Positions 1-13,900 of a DNA stretch of 64,000 nt are shown in pieces. The stretch spans positions 20,770,001 through 20,834,000 of the forward strand of contig OZ059900.1 of the NCBI GenBank assembly GCA_964057225.1. Direction: 5' to 3'. Position 1 is the first letter of the stretch. The number at the start of each line of letters is the position of its first letter. The position numbers and the translations under genes are program-made. This DNA comes from Auanema rhodensis. Taxonomy: Eukaryota; Animalia; Nematoda. The notes under the pieces are model-generated. The model did no database searches and was not told where the DNA came from. It saw only the letters and a program-made list of their open reading frames with translations.

Positions 1-342
1 CGATTTCATCTGTTCAAACTCATGCAATGTCAATGAAACCTAGCTCAAAATTGTTCATACAACGTCTAGTTCCACTTTCAAGACAAAAAAACAGGGGTTA
101 GAAAATTAAGGAAATTAGCATATTCTGAGGGCACGCCCCTTATGGCTAATATTGATTAAATCGATTTTTGTTCATATGAGTAGTCAAATGCAACGAATTT
201 CAGCGTGTCACATACTAAAATGAAGCATTTTACATGCTGAACATTAGAAAAATACAAAAACACAGTATTTCCCATGAGAAATATTTTATTATGCTGGAAA
301 ACCAGTTTTTGGAAATTTCGCTGTAAACAAGGTTTTGACTTA

Positions 343-684
343 CGATTTCATGTGTTCAAACTCATGCAATGTCAATGAAACCTAGCTCAAAATTGTTCGT
401 ACAACGTCTAGTTCCACTTTCACGACAAAAAAACAGGGGTTAGAAAATTAAGGAAATTAGCATATTCTGAGGGCACGCCCCTTATGGCTAATATTGATTA
501 AATCGATTTTTGTTCATATGAGTCGTCAAATGCAACGAATTTCAGCGTGTTACATACTAAAATGAAGCATTTTACATGCTGAACACTAGAAAAATACAAA
601 AACACAGTATTTCCCATGAGAAATATTTTATTATGCTGGAAAACCAGTTTTTGGAAATTTCGCTGTAAACAAGGTTTTGACTTA
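343..684 (+). repeat. Representative consensus-like 342-bp monomer
   Basis: Carries none of the rare private variants. Hand count gives about 59 C and 57 G in 342 bp (34% GC), many A/T tracts, and stop codons in all six frames. Confidence 0.95.
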
Positions 685-3600
685 CGATTTCATGTGTTCA
701 AACTCATGCAATGTCAATGAAACCTATCTCAAAATTGTTCCTACAACGTCTAGTTCCACTTTCACGACAAAAAAACAGGGGTTAGAAAATTAAGGAAATT
801 AGCATATTCTGAGGGCACGCCCCTTATGGCTAATATTGATTAAATCGATTTTTGTTCATATGAGTCGTCAAATGAAACGAATTTCAGCGTGTTACATACT
901 AAAATGAAGCATTTTACATGCTGAACACTATAAAAATACAAAAACACAGTATTTCCCATGAGAAATATTTTATTATGCTGGAAAACCAGTTTTTGGAAAT
1001 TTCGCTGTAAACAAGTTTTTGACTTACGATTTCATGTGTTGAAACTCATGCAATGTTAATGAAACCTAGCTCATAATTGTTCCTACAACGTCTAGTTCCA
1101 CTTTCACGACAAAAAAACAGGGGTTAGAAAATTAAGGAAATTAGCATATTCTGAGGGCACGCCTCTTATGGCTAATATTGATTAAATCGATTTTTGTTCA
1201 TATGAGTCGTCAAATGCAACGAATTTCAGCGTGTTACATACTAAAATGAAGCATTTTACATGCTGAACACTATAAAAATACAAAAACACAGTATTTCCCA
1301 TGAGAAATATTTTATTATGCTGGAAAACCAGTTTTTGGAAATTTCGCTGTAAACAAGGTTTTGACTTACGATTTCATCTGTTCAAACTCATGCAATGTCA
1401 ATGAAACCTAGCTCAAAATTGTTCGTACAACGTCTAGTTCCACTTTCACGACAAAAAAACAGGGGTTAGAAAATTAAGGAAATTAGCATATTCTGAGGGC
1501 ACGCCCCTTATGGCTAATATTGATTAAATCGATTTTTGTTCATATGAGTAGTCAAATGCAACGAATTTCAGCGTGTTACATACTAAAATGAAGCATTTTA
1601 CATGCTGAACACTAGAAAAATACAAAAACACAGTATTTCCCATGAGAAATATTTTATTATGCTGGAAAACCAGTTTTTGGAAATTTCGCTGTAAACAAGG
1701 TTTTGACTTACGATTTCATCTGTTCAAACTCATGCAATGTCAATGAAACCTAGCTCAAAATTGTTCGTACAACGTCTAGTTCCACTTTCACGACAAAAAA
1801 ACAGGGGTTAGAAAATTAAGGAAATTAGCATATTCTGAGGGCACGCCCCTTATGGCTAATATTGATTAAATCGATTTTTGTTCATATGAGTCGTCAAATG
1901 CAACGAATTTCAGCGTGTTACATACTAAAATGAAGCATTTTACATGCTGAACACTAGAAAAATACAAAAACACAGTATTTCCCATGAGAAATATTTTATT
2001 ATACTGGAAACCAGTTTTTGGAATTTTCGCTGTAAACAAGGTTTTGACTTACGATTTCATGTGTTCAAACTCATGCAATGTCAATGAAACCTAGCTCAAA
2101 ATTGTTCCTACAACGTCTAGTTCCACTTTCACGACAAAAAAACAGGGGTTAGAAAATTAAGGAAATTAGCATATTCTGAGGGCACGCCCTTTATGGCTAA
2201 TATTGATTAAATCGATTTTTGTTCATATGGGTCGTCAAATGCAACGAATTTCAGCGTGTTACATACTAAAATGAAGCATTTTACATGCTGAACACTATAA
2301 AAATACAAAAACACAGTATTTCCCATGAGAAATATTTTATTATGCTGGAAAACCAGTTTTTGGAAATTTCGCTGTAAACAAGGTTTTGACTTACGATTTC
2401 ATGTGTTCAAACTCATGCAATGTCAATGAAACCTAGCTCAAAATTGTTCCTACAACGTCTAGTTCCACTTTCACGACAAAAAAACAGGGGTTAGAAAATT
2501 AAGGAAATTAGCATATTCTGAGGGCACGCCCCTTATGGCTAATATTGATTAAATCGATTTTTGTTCATATGAGTAGTCAAATGCAACGAATTTCAGCGTG
2601 TTACATACTAAAATGAAGCATTTTACATGCTGAACACTAGAAAAATACAAAAACACAGTATTTCCCATGAGAAATATTTTATTATGCTGGAAAACCAGTT
2701 TTTGGAAATTTCGCTGTAAACAAGGTTTTGACTTACGATTTCATGTGTTCAAACTCATGCAATGTCAATGAAACCTAGCTCAAAACTGTTCCTACAACGT
2801 CTAGTTCCACTTTCACGACAAAAAAACAGGGGTTAGAAAATTAAGGAAATTAGCATATTCTGAGGGCACGCCCCTTATGGCTAATATTGATTAAATCGAT
2901 TTTTGTTCATATGAGTCGTCAAATGCAACGAATTTCAGCGTGTTACATACTAAAATGAAGCATTTTACATGCTGAACACTATAAAAATACAAAAACACAG
3001 TATTTCCCATGAGAAATATTTTATTATGCTGGAAAACCAGTTTTTGGAAATTTCGCTGTAAACAAGGTTTTGACTTACGATTTCATGTGTTCAAACTCAT
3101 GCAATGTCAATGAAACCTAGCTCATAATTGTTCCTACAACGTCTAGTTCCACTTTCACGACAAAAAAACAGGGGTTAGAAAATTAAGGAAATTAGCATAT
3201 TCTGAGGGCACGCCTCTTATGGCTAATATTGATTAAATCGATTTTTGTTCATATGAGTCGTCAAATGCAACGAATTTCAGCGTGTTACATACTAAAATGA
3301 AGCATTTTACATGCTGAACACTATAAAAATACAAAAACACAGTATTTCCCATGAGAAATATTTTATTATGCTGGAAAACCAGTTTTTGGAAATTTCGCTG
3401 TAAACAAGGTTTTGACTTACGATTTCATGTGTTCAAACTCATGCAATGTCAATGAAACCTAGCTCAAAATTGTTCGTACAACGTCTAGTTCCACTTTCAC
3501 GACAAAAAAACAGGGGTTAGAAAATTAAGGAAATTAGCATATTCTGAGGGCACGCCCCTTATGGCTAATATTGATTAAATCGATTTTTGTTCATATGAGT

Positions 3601-6600
3601 CGTCAAATGCAACGAATTTCAGCGTGTTACATACTAAAATGAAGCATTTTACATGCTGAACACTAAAAAAATACAAAAACACAGTATTTCCCATGAGAAA
3701 TATTTTATTATGCTGGAAAACCAGTTTTTGGAAATTTCGCTGTAAACAAGGTTTTGACTTACGATTTCATGTGTTCAAACTCATGCAATGTCAATGAAAC
3801 CTATCTCAAAATTGTTCCTACAACGTCTAGTTCCACTTTCACGACAAAAAAACAGGGGTTAGAAAATTAAGGAAATTAGCATATTCTGAGGGCACGCCCC
3901 TTATGGCTAATATTGATTAAATCGATTTTTGTTCATATGAGTCGTCAAATGAAACGAATTTCAGCGTGTTACATACTAAAATGAAGCATTTTACATGCTG
4001 AACACTATAAAAATACAAAAACACAGTATTTCCCATGAGAAATATTTTATTATGCTGGAAAACCAGTTTTTGGAAATTTCGCTGTAAACAAGTTTTTGAC
4101 TTACGATTTCATGTGTTGAAACTCATGCAATGTTAATGAAACCTAGCTCATAATTGTTCCTACAACGTCTAGTTCCACTTTCACGACAAAAAAACAGGGG
4201 TTAGAAAATTAAGGAAATTAGCATATTCTGAGGGCACGCCTCTTATGGCTAATATTGATTAAATCGATTTTTGTTCATATGAGTCGTCAAATGCAACGAA
4301 TTTCAGCGTGTTACATACTAAAATGAAGCATTTTACATGCTGAACACTATAAAAATACAAAAACACAGTATTTCCCATGAGAAATATTTTATTATGCTGG
4401 AAAACCAGTTTTTGGAAATTTCGCTGTAAACAAGGTTTTGACTTACGATTTCATCTGTTCAAACTCATGCAATGTCAATGAAACCTAGCTCAAAATTGTT
4501 CGTACAACGTCTAGTTCCACTTTCACGACAAAAAAACAGGGGTTAGAAAATTAAGGAAATTAGCATATTCTGAGGGCACGCCCCTTATGGCTAATATTGA
4601 TTAAATCGATTTTTGTTCATATGAGTAGTCAAATGCAACGAATTTCAGCGTGTTACATACTAAAATGAAGCATTTTACATGCTGAACACTAGAAAAATAC
4701 AAAAACACAGTATTTCCCATGAGAAATATTTTATTATGCTGGAAAACCAGTTTTTGGAAATTTCGCTGTAAACAAGGTTTTGACTTACGATTTCATCTGT
4801 TCAAACTCATGCAATGTCAATGAAACCTAGCTCAAAATTGTTCGTACAACGTCTAGTTCCACTTTCACGACAAAAAAACAGGGGTTAGAAAATTAAGGAA
4901 ATTAGCATATTCTGAGGGCACGCCCCTTATGGCTAATATTGATTAAATCGATTTTTGTTCATATGAGTCGTCAAATGCAACGAATTTCAGCGTGTTACAT
5001 ACTAAAATGAAGCATTTTACATGCTGAACACTAGAAAAATACAAAAACACAGTATTTCCCATGAGAAATATTTTATTATACTGGAAACCAGTTTTTGGAA
5101 TTTTCGCTGTAAACAAGGTTTTGACTTACGATTTCATGTGTTCAAACTCATGCAATGTCAATGAAACCTAGCTCAAAATTGTTCCTACAACGTCTAGTTC
5201 CACTTTCACGACAAAAAAACAGGGGTTAGAAAATTAAGGAAATTAGCATATTCTGAGGGCACGCCCTTTATGGCTAATATTGATTAAATCGATTTTTGTT
5301 CATATGGGTCGTCAAATGCAACGAATTTCAGCGTGTTACATACTAAAATGAAGCATTTTACATGCTGAACACTATAAAAATACAAAAACACAGTATTTCC
5401 CATGAGAAATATTTTATTATGCTGGAAAACCAGTTTTTGGAAATTTCGCTGTAAACAAGGTTTTGACTTACGATTTCATGTGTTCAAACTCATGCAATGT
5501 CAATGAAACCTAGCTCAAAATTGTTCCTACAACGTCTAGTTCCACTTTCACGACAAAAAAACAGGGGTTAGAAAATTAAGGAAATTAGCATATTCTGAGG
5601 GCACGCCCCTTATGGCTAATATTGATTAAATCGATTTTTGTTCATATGAGTAGTCAAATGCAACGAATTTCAGCGTGTTACATACTAAAATGAAGCATTT
5701 TACATGCTGAACACTAGAAAAATACAAAAACACAGTATTTCCCATGAGAAATATTTTATTATGCTGGAAAACCAGTTTTTGGAAATTTCGCTGTAAACAA
5801 GGTTTTGACTTACGATTTCATGTGTTCAAACTCATGCAATGTCAATGAAACCTAGCTCAAAACTGTTCCTACAACGTCTAGTTCCACTTTCACGACAAAA
5901 AAACAGGGGTTAGAAAATTAAGGAAATTAGCATATTCTGAGGGCACGCCCCTTATGGCTAATATTGATTAAATCGATTTTTGTTCATATGAGTCGTCAAA
6001 TGCAACGAATTTCAGCGTGTTACATACTAAAATGAAGCATTTTACATGCTGAACACTATAAAAATACAAAAACACAGTATTTCCCATGAGAAATATTTTA
6101 TTATGCTGGAAAACCAGTTTTTGGAAATTTCGCTGTAAACAAGGTTTTGACTTACGATTTCATGTGTTCAAACTCATGCAATGTCAATGAAACCTAGCTC
6201 ATAATTGTTCCTACAACGTCTAGTTCCACTTTCACGACAAAAAAACAGGGGTTAGAAAATTAAGGAAATTAGCATATTCTGAGGGCACGCCTCTTATGGC
6301 TAATATTGATTAAATCGATTTTTGTTCATATGAGTCGTCAAATGCAACGAATTTCAGCGTGTTACATACTAAAATGAAGCATTTTACATGCTGAACACTA
6401 TAAAAATACAAAAACACAGTATTTCCCATGAGAAATATTTTATTATGCTGGAAAACCAGTTTTTGGAAATTTCGCTGTAAACAAGGTTTTGACTTACGAT
6501 TTCATGTGTTCAAACTCATGCAATGTCAATGAAACCTAGCTCAAAATTGTTCGTACAACGTCTAGTTCCACTTTCACGACAAAAAAACAGGGGTTAGAAA

Positions 6601-6880
6601 ATTAAGGAAATTAGCATATTCTGAGGGCACGCCCCTTATGGCTAATATTGATTAAATCGATTTTTGTTCATATGAGTCGTCAAATGCAACGAATTTCAGC
6701 GTGTTACATACTAAAATGAAGCATTTTACATGCTGAACACTAAAAAAATACAAAAACACAGTATTTCCCATGAGAAATATTTTATTATGCTGGAAAACCA
6801 GTTTTTGGAAATTTCGCTGTAAACAAGGTTTTGACTTACGATTTCATGTGTTCAAACTCATGCAATGTCAATGAAACCTA
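590..6880 (+). repeat. 9-mer higher-order repeat, 3077-bp period, two copies
   Basis: Private variants recur at +3077: CCTATCTC at 727/3804, ATACTGGAAACC at 2003/5080, ATGGGTC at ~2230/5307, AAACTGTT at ~2786/5863. 9x342-1=3077. Confidence 0.9.
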
Positions 6881-9800
6881 GCTCAAAATTGTTCCTACAA
6901 CGTCTAGTTCCACTTTCACGACAAAAAAACAGGGGTTAGAAAATTAAGGAAATTAGCATATTCTGAGGGCACGCCCTTTATGGCTAATATTGATTAAATC
7001 GATTTTTGTTCATATGAGTCGTCAAATGCAACGAATTTCAGCGTGTTACATACTAAAATGAAGCATTTTACATGCTGAACACTATAAAAATACAAAAACA
7101 CAGTATTTCCCATGAGAAATATTTTATTATGCTGGAAAACCAGTTTTTGGAAATTTCGCTGTAAACAAGGTTTTGACTTACGATTTCATGTGTTCAAACT
7201 CATGCAATGTCAATGAAACCTAGCTCAAAATTGTTCCTACAACGTCTAGTTCCACTTTCACGACAAAAAAACAGGGGTTAGAAAATTAAGGAAATTAGCA
7301 TATTCTGAGGGCACGCCCTTTATGGCTAATATTGATTAAATCGATTTTTGTTCATATGAGTCGTCAAATGCAACGAATTTCAGCGTGTTACATACTAAAA
7401 TGAAGCATTTTACATGCTGAACACTATAAAAATACAAAAACACAGTATTTCCCATGAGAAATATTTTATTATGCTGGAAAACCAGTTTTTGGAAATTTCG
7501 CTGTAAACAAGGTTTTGACTTACGATTTCATGTGTTCAAACTCATGCAATGTCAATGAAACCTAGCTCAAAATTGTTCGTACAACGTCTAGTTCCACTTT
7601 CACGACAAAAAAACAGGGGTTAGAAAATTAAGGAAATTAGCATATTCTGAGGGCACGCCCCTTATGGCTAATATTGATTAAATCGATTTTTGTTCATATG
7701 AGTCGTCAAATGCAACGAATTTCAGCGTGTTACATACTAAAATGAAGCATTTTACATGCTGAACACTAAAAAAATACAAAAACACAGTATTTCCCATGAG
7801 AAATATTTTATTATGCTGGAAAACCAGTTTTTGGAAATTTCGCTGTAAACAAGGTTTTGACTTACGATTTCATGTGTTCAAACTCATGCAATGTCAATGA
7901 AACCTAGCTCAAAATTGTTCCTACAACGTCTAGTTCCACTTTCACGACAAAAAAACAGGGGTTAGAAAATTAAGGAAATTAGCATATTCTGAGGGCACGC
8001 CCTTTATGGCTAATATTGATTAAATCGATTTTTGTTCATATGAGTCGTCAAATGCAACGAATTTCAGCGTGTTACATACTAAAATGAAGCATTTTACATG
8101 CTGAACACTATAAAAATACAAAAACACAGTATTTCCCATGAGAAATATTTTATTATGCTGGAAAACCAGTTTTTGGAAATTTCGCTGTAAACAAGGTTTT
8201 GACTTACGATTTCATGTGTTCAAACTCATGCAATGTCAATGAAACCTAGCTCAAAATTGTTCCTACAACGTCTAGTTCCACTTTCACGACAAAAAAACAG
8301 GGGTTAGAAAATTAAGGAAATTAGCATATTCTGAGGGCACGCCCTTTATGGCTAATATTGATTAAATCGATTTTTGTTCATATGAGTCGTCAAATGCAAC
8401 GAATTTCAGCGTGTTACATACTAAAATGAAGCATTTTACATGCTGAACACTATAAAAATACAAAAACACAGTATTTCCCATGAGAAATATTTTATTATGC
8501 TGGAAAATCAGTTTTTGGAAATTTCGCTGTAAACAAGGTTTTGACTTACAATTTCATGTGTTCAAACTCATGCAATGTCAATGAAACCTAGCTCAAAATT
8601 GTTCCTACAACGTCTAATTCCACTTTCACGACAAAAAAACAGGGGTTAGAAAATTAAGGAAATTAGCATATTCTGAGGGCACGCCCCTTATGGCTAATAT
8701 TGATTAAATCGATTTTTGTTCATATGAGTCGTGAAATGCAACGAATTTCAGCGTGTTACATACTAAAATGAAGCATTTTACATGCTGAACACTAGAAAAA
8801 TACAAAAACACAGTATTTCCCATGAGAAATATTTTATTATGCTGGAAAACCAGTTTTTGGAAATTTCGCTGTAAACAAGGTTTTGACTTACGATTTCATG
8901 TGTTCAAACTCATGCAATGTCAATGAAACCTAGCTCAAAATTGTACGTACAACGTCTAGTTCCACTTTCACGACAAAAAAACAGGGGTTAGAAAATTAAG
9001 GAAGTTAGCATATTCTGAGGGCACGCCCCTTATGGCTAATATTGATTAAATCGATTTTTGTTCATATGAGTCGTCAAATGCAACGAATTTCAGCGTGTTA
9101 CATACTAAAATGAAGCATTTTACATGCTGAACACTAAAAAAATACAAAAACACAGTATTTCCCATGAGAAATATTTTATTATGCTGGAAAACCAGTTTTT
9201 GGAAATTTCGCTGTAAACAAGGTTTTGACTTACGATTTCATGTGTTCAAACTCATGCAATGTCAATGAAACCTAGCTCAAAATTGTTCCTACAACGTCTA
9301 GTTCCACTTTCACGACAAAAAAACAGGGGTTAGAAAATTAAGGAAATTAGCATATTCTGAGGGCACGCCCTTTATGGCTAATATTGATTAAATCGATTTT
9401 TGTTCATATGAGTCGTCAAATGCAACGAATTTCAGCGTGTTACATACTAAAATGAAGCATTTTACATGCTGAACACTAGAAAAATACAAAAACACAGTAT
9501 TTCCCATGAGAAATATTTTATTATGCTGGAAAACCAGTTTTTGGAAATTTCGCTGTAAACAAGGTTTTGACTTACGATTTCATGTGTTCAAACTCATGCA
9601 ATGTCAATGAAACCTAGCTCAAAATTGTTCCTACAACGTCTAGTTCCACTTTCACGACAAAAAAACAGGGGTTAGAAAATTAAGGAAATTAGCATATTCT
9701 GAGGGCACGCCCTTTATGGCTAATATTGATTAAATCGATTTTTGTTCATATGAGTCGTCAAATGCAACGAATTTCAGCGTGTTACATACTAAAATGAAGC

Positions 9801-10600
9801 ATTTTACATGCTGAACACTATAAAAATACAAAAACACAGTATTTCCCATGAGAAATATTTTATTATGCTGGAAAATCAGTTTTTGGAAATTTCGCTGTAA
9901 ACAAGGTTTTGACTTACAATTTCATGTGTTCAAACTCATGCAATGTCAATGAAACCTAGCTCAAAATTGTTCCTACAACGTCTAATTCCACTTTCACGAC
10001 AAAAAAACAGGGGTTAGAAAATTAAGGAAATTAGCATATTCTGAGGGCACGCCCCTTATGGCTAATATTGATTAAATCGATTTTTGTTCATATGAGTCGT
10101 GAAATGCAACGAATTTCAGCGTGTTACATACTAAAATGAAGCATTTTACATGCTGAACACTAGAAAAATACAAAAACACAGTATTTCCCATGAGAAATAT
10201 TTTATTATGCTGGAAAACCAGTTTTTGGAAATTTCGCTGTAAACAAGGTTTTGACTTACGATTTCATGTGTTCAAACTCATGCAATGTCAATGAAACCTA
10301 GCTCAAAATTGTTCGTACAACGTCTAGTTCAACTTTCACGACAAAAAAACAGGGGTTAGAAAATTAAGGAAGTTAGCATATTCTGAGGGCACGCCCCTTA
10401 TGGCTAATATTGATTAAATCGATTTTTGTTCATATGAGTCGTCAAATGCAACGAATTTCAGCGTGTTACATACTAAAATGAAGCATTTTACATGCTGAAC
10501 ACTAGAAAAATACAAAAACACAGTATTTCCCATGAGAAATATTTTATTATGCTGGAAAACCAGTTTTTGGAAATTTCGCTGTAAACAAGGTTTTGACTTA
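6497..10600 (+). repeat. Short-period HORs: 3-mer (1026 bp) x2 overlapping a 4-mer (1368 bp) duplication
   Basis: The monomer pattern [CG/TAAA][CC/CCTTT][CC/CCTTT] occurs at 6497 and 7523. The AAAATCAG + TACAATTT + GTGAAATG variants occur at 8508-8733 and again at 9876-10101. Confidence 0.8.
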
Positions 10601-10942
10601 CGATTTCATGTGTTCAAACTCATGCAATGTCAATGAAACCTAGCTCAAAATTGTTCCTACAACGTCTAGTTCCACTTTCACGACAAAAAAACAGGGGTTA
10701 GAAAATTAAGGAAATTAGCATATTCTGAGGGCACGCTCCTTATGGCTAATATTGATTAAATCGATTTTTGTTCATATGAGTCGTCAAATGCAACGAATTT
10801 CAGCGTGTTACATACTAAAATGAAGCATTTTACATGCTGAACACTAGAAAAATACAAAAACACAGTATTTCCCATGAGAAATATTTTATTATGCTGGAAA
10901 ACCAGTTTTTGGAAATTTCGCTGTAAACAAGGTTTTGACTTA

Positions 10943-13900
10943 CGATTTCATGTGTTCAAACTCATGCAATGTCAATGAAACCTAGCTGAAAATTGTTCCT
11001 ACAACGTCTAGTTCCACTTTCACGACAAAAAAACAGGGGATAGAAAATTAAGGAAATTAGCATATTCTGAGGGCACGCCCCTTATGGCTAATATTGATTA
11101 AATCGATTTTTGTTCATATGAGTCGTCAAATGCAACGAATTTCAGCGTGTTACATACTAAAATGAAGCATTTTACATGCTGAACACTATAAAAATACAGA
11201 AACACAGTATTTCCCATGAGAAATATTTTATTATGCTGGAAAACCAGTTTTTGGAAATTTCGCTGTAAACAAGGTTTTGACTTACGATTTCATGTGTTCA
11301 AACTCATGCAATGTCAATGAAACCTAGCTCAAAATTGTTCGTACAACGTCTAGTTCCACTTTCACGACAAAAAAACAGGGGTTAGAAAATTAAGGAAATT
11401 AGCATATTCTGAGGGCACGCCCCTTATGGCTAATATTGATTAAATCGATTTTTGTTCATATGAGTCGTCAAATGCAACGAATTTCAGCGTGTTACATACT
11501 AAAATGAAGCATTTTACATGCTGAACACTATAAAAATACAAAAACACAGTATTTCCCATGAGAAATATTTTATTATGCTGGAAAACAAGTTTTTGGAAAT
11601 TTCGCTGTAAACAAGGTTTTGACTTACGATTTCATGTGTTCAAACTCATGCAATGTCAATGAAACCTAGCTCAAAATTGTTCGTACAACGTCTAGTTCCA
11701 CTTTCACGACAAAAAAACAGGGGTTAGAAAATTAAGGAAATTAGCATATTCTGAGGGCACGCCCCTTATGGCTAATATTGATTAAATCGATTTTTGTTCA
11801 TATGAGTCGTCAAATGCAACGAATTTCAGCGTGTTACATACTAAAATGAAGCATTTTACATGCTGAACACTATAAAAATACAAAAACACAGTATTTCCCA
11901 TGAGAAATATTTTATTATGCTGGAAAACCAGTTTTTGGAAATTTCGCTGTAAACAAGGTTTTGACTTACGATTTCATGTGTTCAAACTCATGCAATGTCA
12001 ATGAAACCTAGCTCAACATTGTTCCTACAACGTCTAGTTCCACTTTCACGACAAAAAACAGGGGTTAGAAAATTAAGGAAATTAGCATATTCTGAGGGCA
12101 CGCCCCTTATGGCTAATATTGATTAAATCGATTTTTGTTCATATGAGTCGTCAAATGCAACGAATTTCAGCGTGTTACATACTAAAATGAAGCATTTTAC
12201 ATGCTGAACACTAGAAAAATACAAAAACACAGTATTTCCATGAGAAATATTTTATTATGCTGGAAAACCAGTTTTTGGAAATTTCGCTGTAAACAAGGTT
12301 TTGACTTACGATTTCATGTGTTCAAACTCATGCAATGTCAATGAAACCTAGCTCAAAATTGTTCCTACAACGTCTAATTCCACTTTCACGACAAAAAAAC
12401 AGGGGTTAGAAAATTAAGGAAATTAGCATATTCTGAGGGCACGCCCCTTATGGCTAATATTGATTAAATCGATTTTTGTTCATATGAGTCGTCAAATGCA
12501 ACGAATTTCAGCGTGTTACATACTAAAATGAAGCATTTTACATGCTGAACACTATAAAAATACAAAAACACAGTATTTCCCATGAGAAATATTTTATTAT
12601 GCTGGAAAACCAGTTTTTGGAAATTTCGCTGTAAACAAGGTTTTGACTTACGATTTCATGTGTTCAAACTCATGCAATGTCAATGAAACCTAGCTCAAAA
12701 TTGTTCCTACAACGTCTAGTTCCATTTTCACGACAAAAAAACAGGGGTTAGAAAATTAAGGAAATTAGCATATTCTGAGGGCACGCCCCTTATGGCTAAT
12801 ATTGATTAAATCGATTTTTGTTCATATGAGTCGTCAAATGCAACGAATTTCAGCGTGTTACATACTAAAATGAAGCATTTTACATGCTGAACACTATAAA
12901 AATACAAAAACACAGTATTTCCCATGAGAAATATTTTATTATGCTGGAAAACCAGTTTTTGGAAATTTCGCTGTAAACAAGTTTTTGACTTACGATTTCA
13001 TGTGTTCAAACTCATGCAATGTCAATGAAACCTAGCTCAAAATTGTTCCTACAACGTCTAGTTCCACTTTCACGACAAAAAAACAGGGGTTAGAAAATTA
13101 AGGAAATTAGCATATTCTGAGGGCACGCCTCTTATGGCTAATATTGATTAAATCGATTTTTGTTCATATGAGTCGTCAAATGCAACGAATTTCAGCGTGT
13201 TACATACTAAAATGAAGCATTTTACATGCTGAACACTATAAAATTACAAAAACACAGTATTTCCCATGAGAAATATTTTATTATGCTGGAAAACCAGTTT
13301 TTGGAAATTTCGCTGTAAACAAGGTTTTGACTTACGATTTCATGTGTTCAAACTCATGCAATGTCAATGAAACCTAGCTCAAAATTGTTCCTACAACGTC
13401 TAGTTCCACTTTCACGACAAAAAAACAGGGGTTAGAAAATTAAGGAAATTAGCATATTCTGAGGGCACGCCCCTTATGGCTAATATTGATTAAATCGATT
13501 TTTGTTCATATGAGTCGTCAAATGAAACGAATTTCAGCGTGTTACATACTAAAATGAAGCATTTTACATGCTGAACACTATAAAAATACAAAAACACAGT
13601 ATTTCCCATGAGAAATATTTTATTATGCTGGAAAACCAGTTTTTGGAAAGTTCGCTGTAAATAAGGTTTTGACTTACGATTTCATGTGTTCAAACTCATG
13701 CAATGTCAATGAAACCTAGCTCAAAATTGTTCGTACAACGTCTAGTTCCACTTTCACGACAAAAAAACAGGGGTTAGAAAATTAAGGAAATTAGCATATT
13801 CTGAGGGCACGCCCCTTATGGCTAATATTGATTAAATCGATTTTTGTTCATATGAGTAGTCAAATGCAACGAATTTCAGCGTGTTACATACTAAAATGAA

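Noticed and set aside
436-443. Telomere-like or G-quadruplex motif GGGGTTAG
   Set aside because: It is a single occurrence per monomer, with no tandem telomeric repeats and too few G-runs for a G4.
343-684. Primate alpha-satellite dimer (2x171 bp) or another named ~340-bp satellite
   Set aside because: The length matches, but I see no resemblance to the alphoid consensus. Length alone cannot assign a family, so a database search is needed.
343-684. 5S rRNA, tRNA or snRNA tandem gene unit
   Set aside because: There is no recognisable 5S, tRNA cloverleaf or Pol III A/B box sequence, and the unit is AT-rich throughout.
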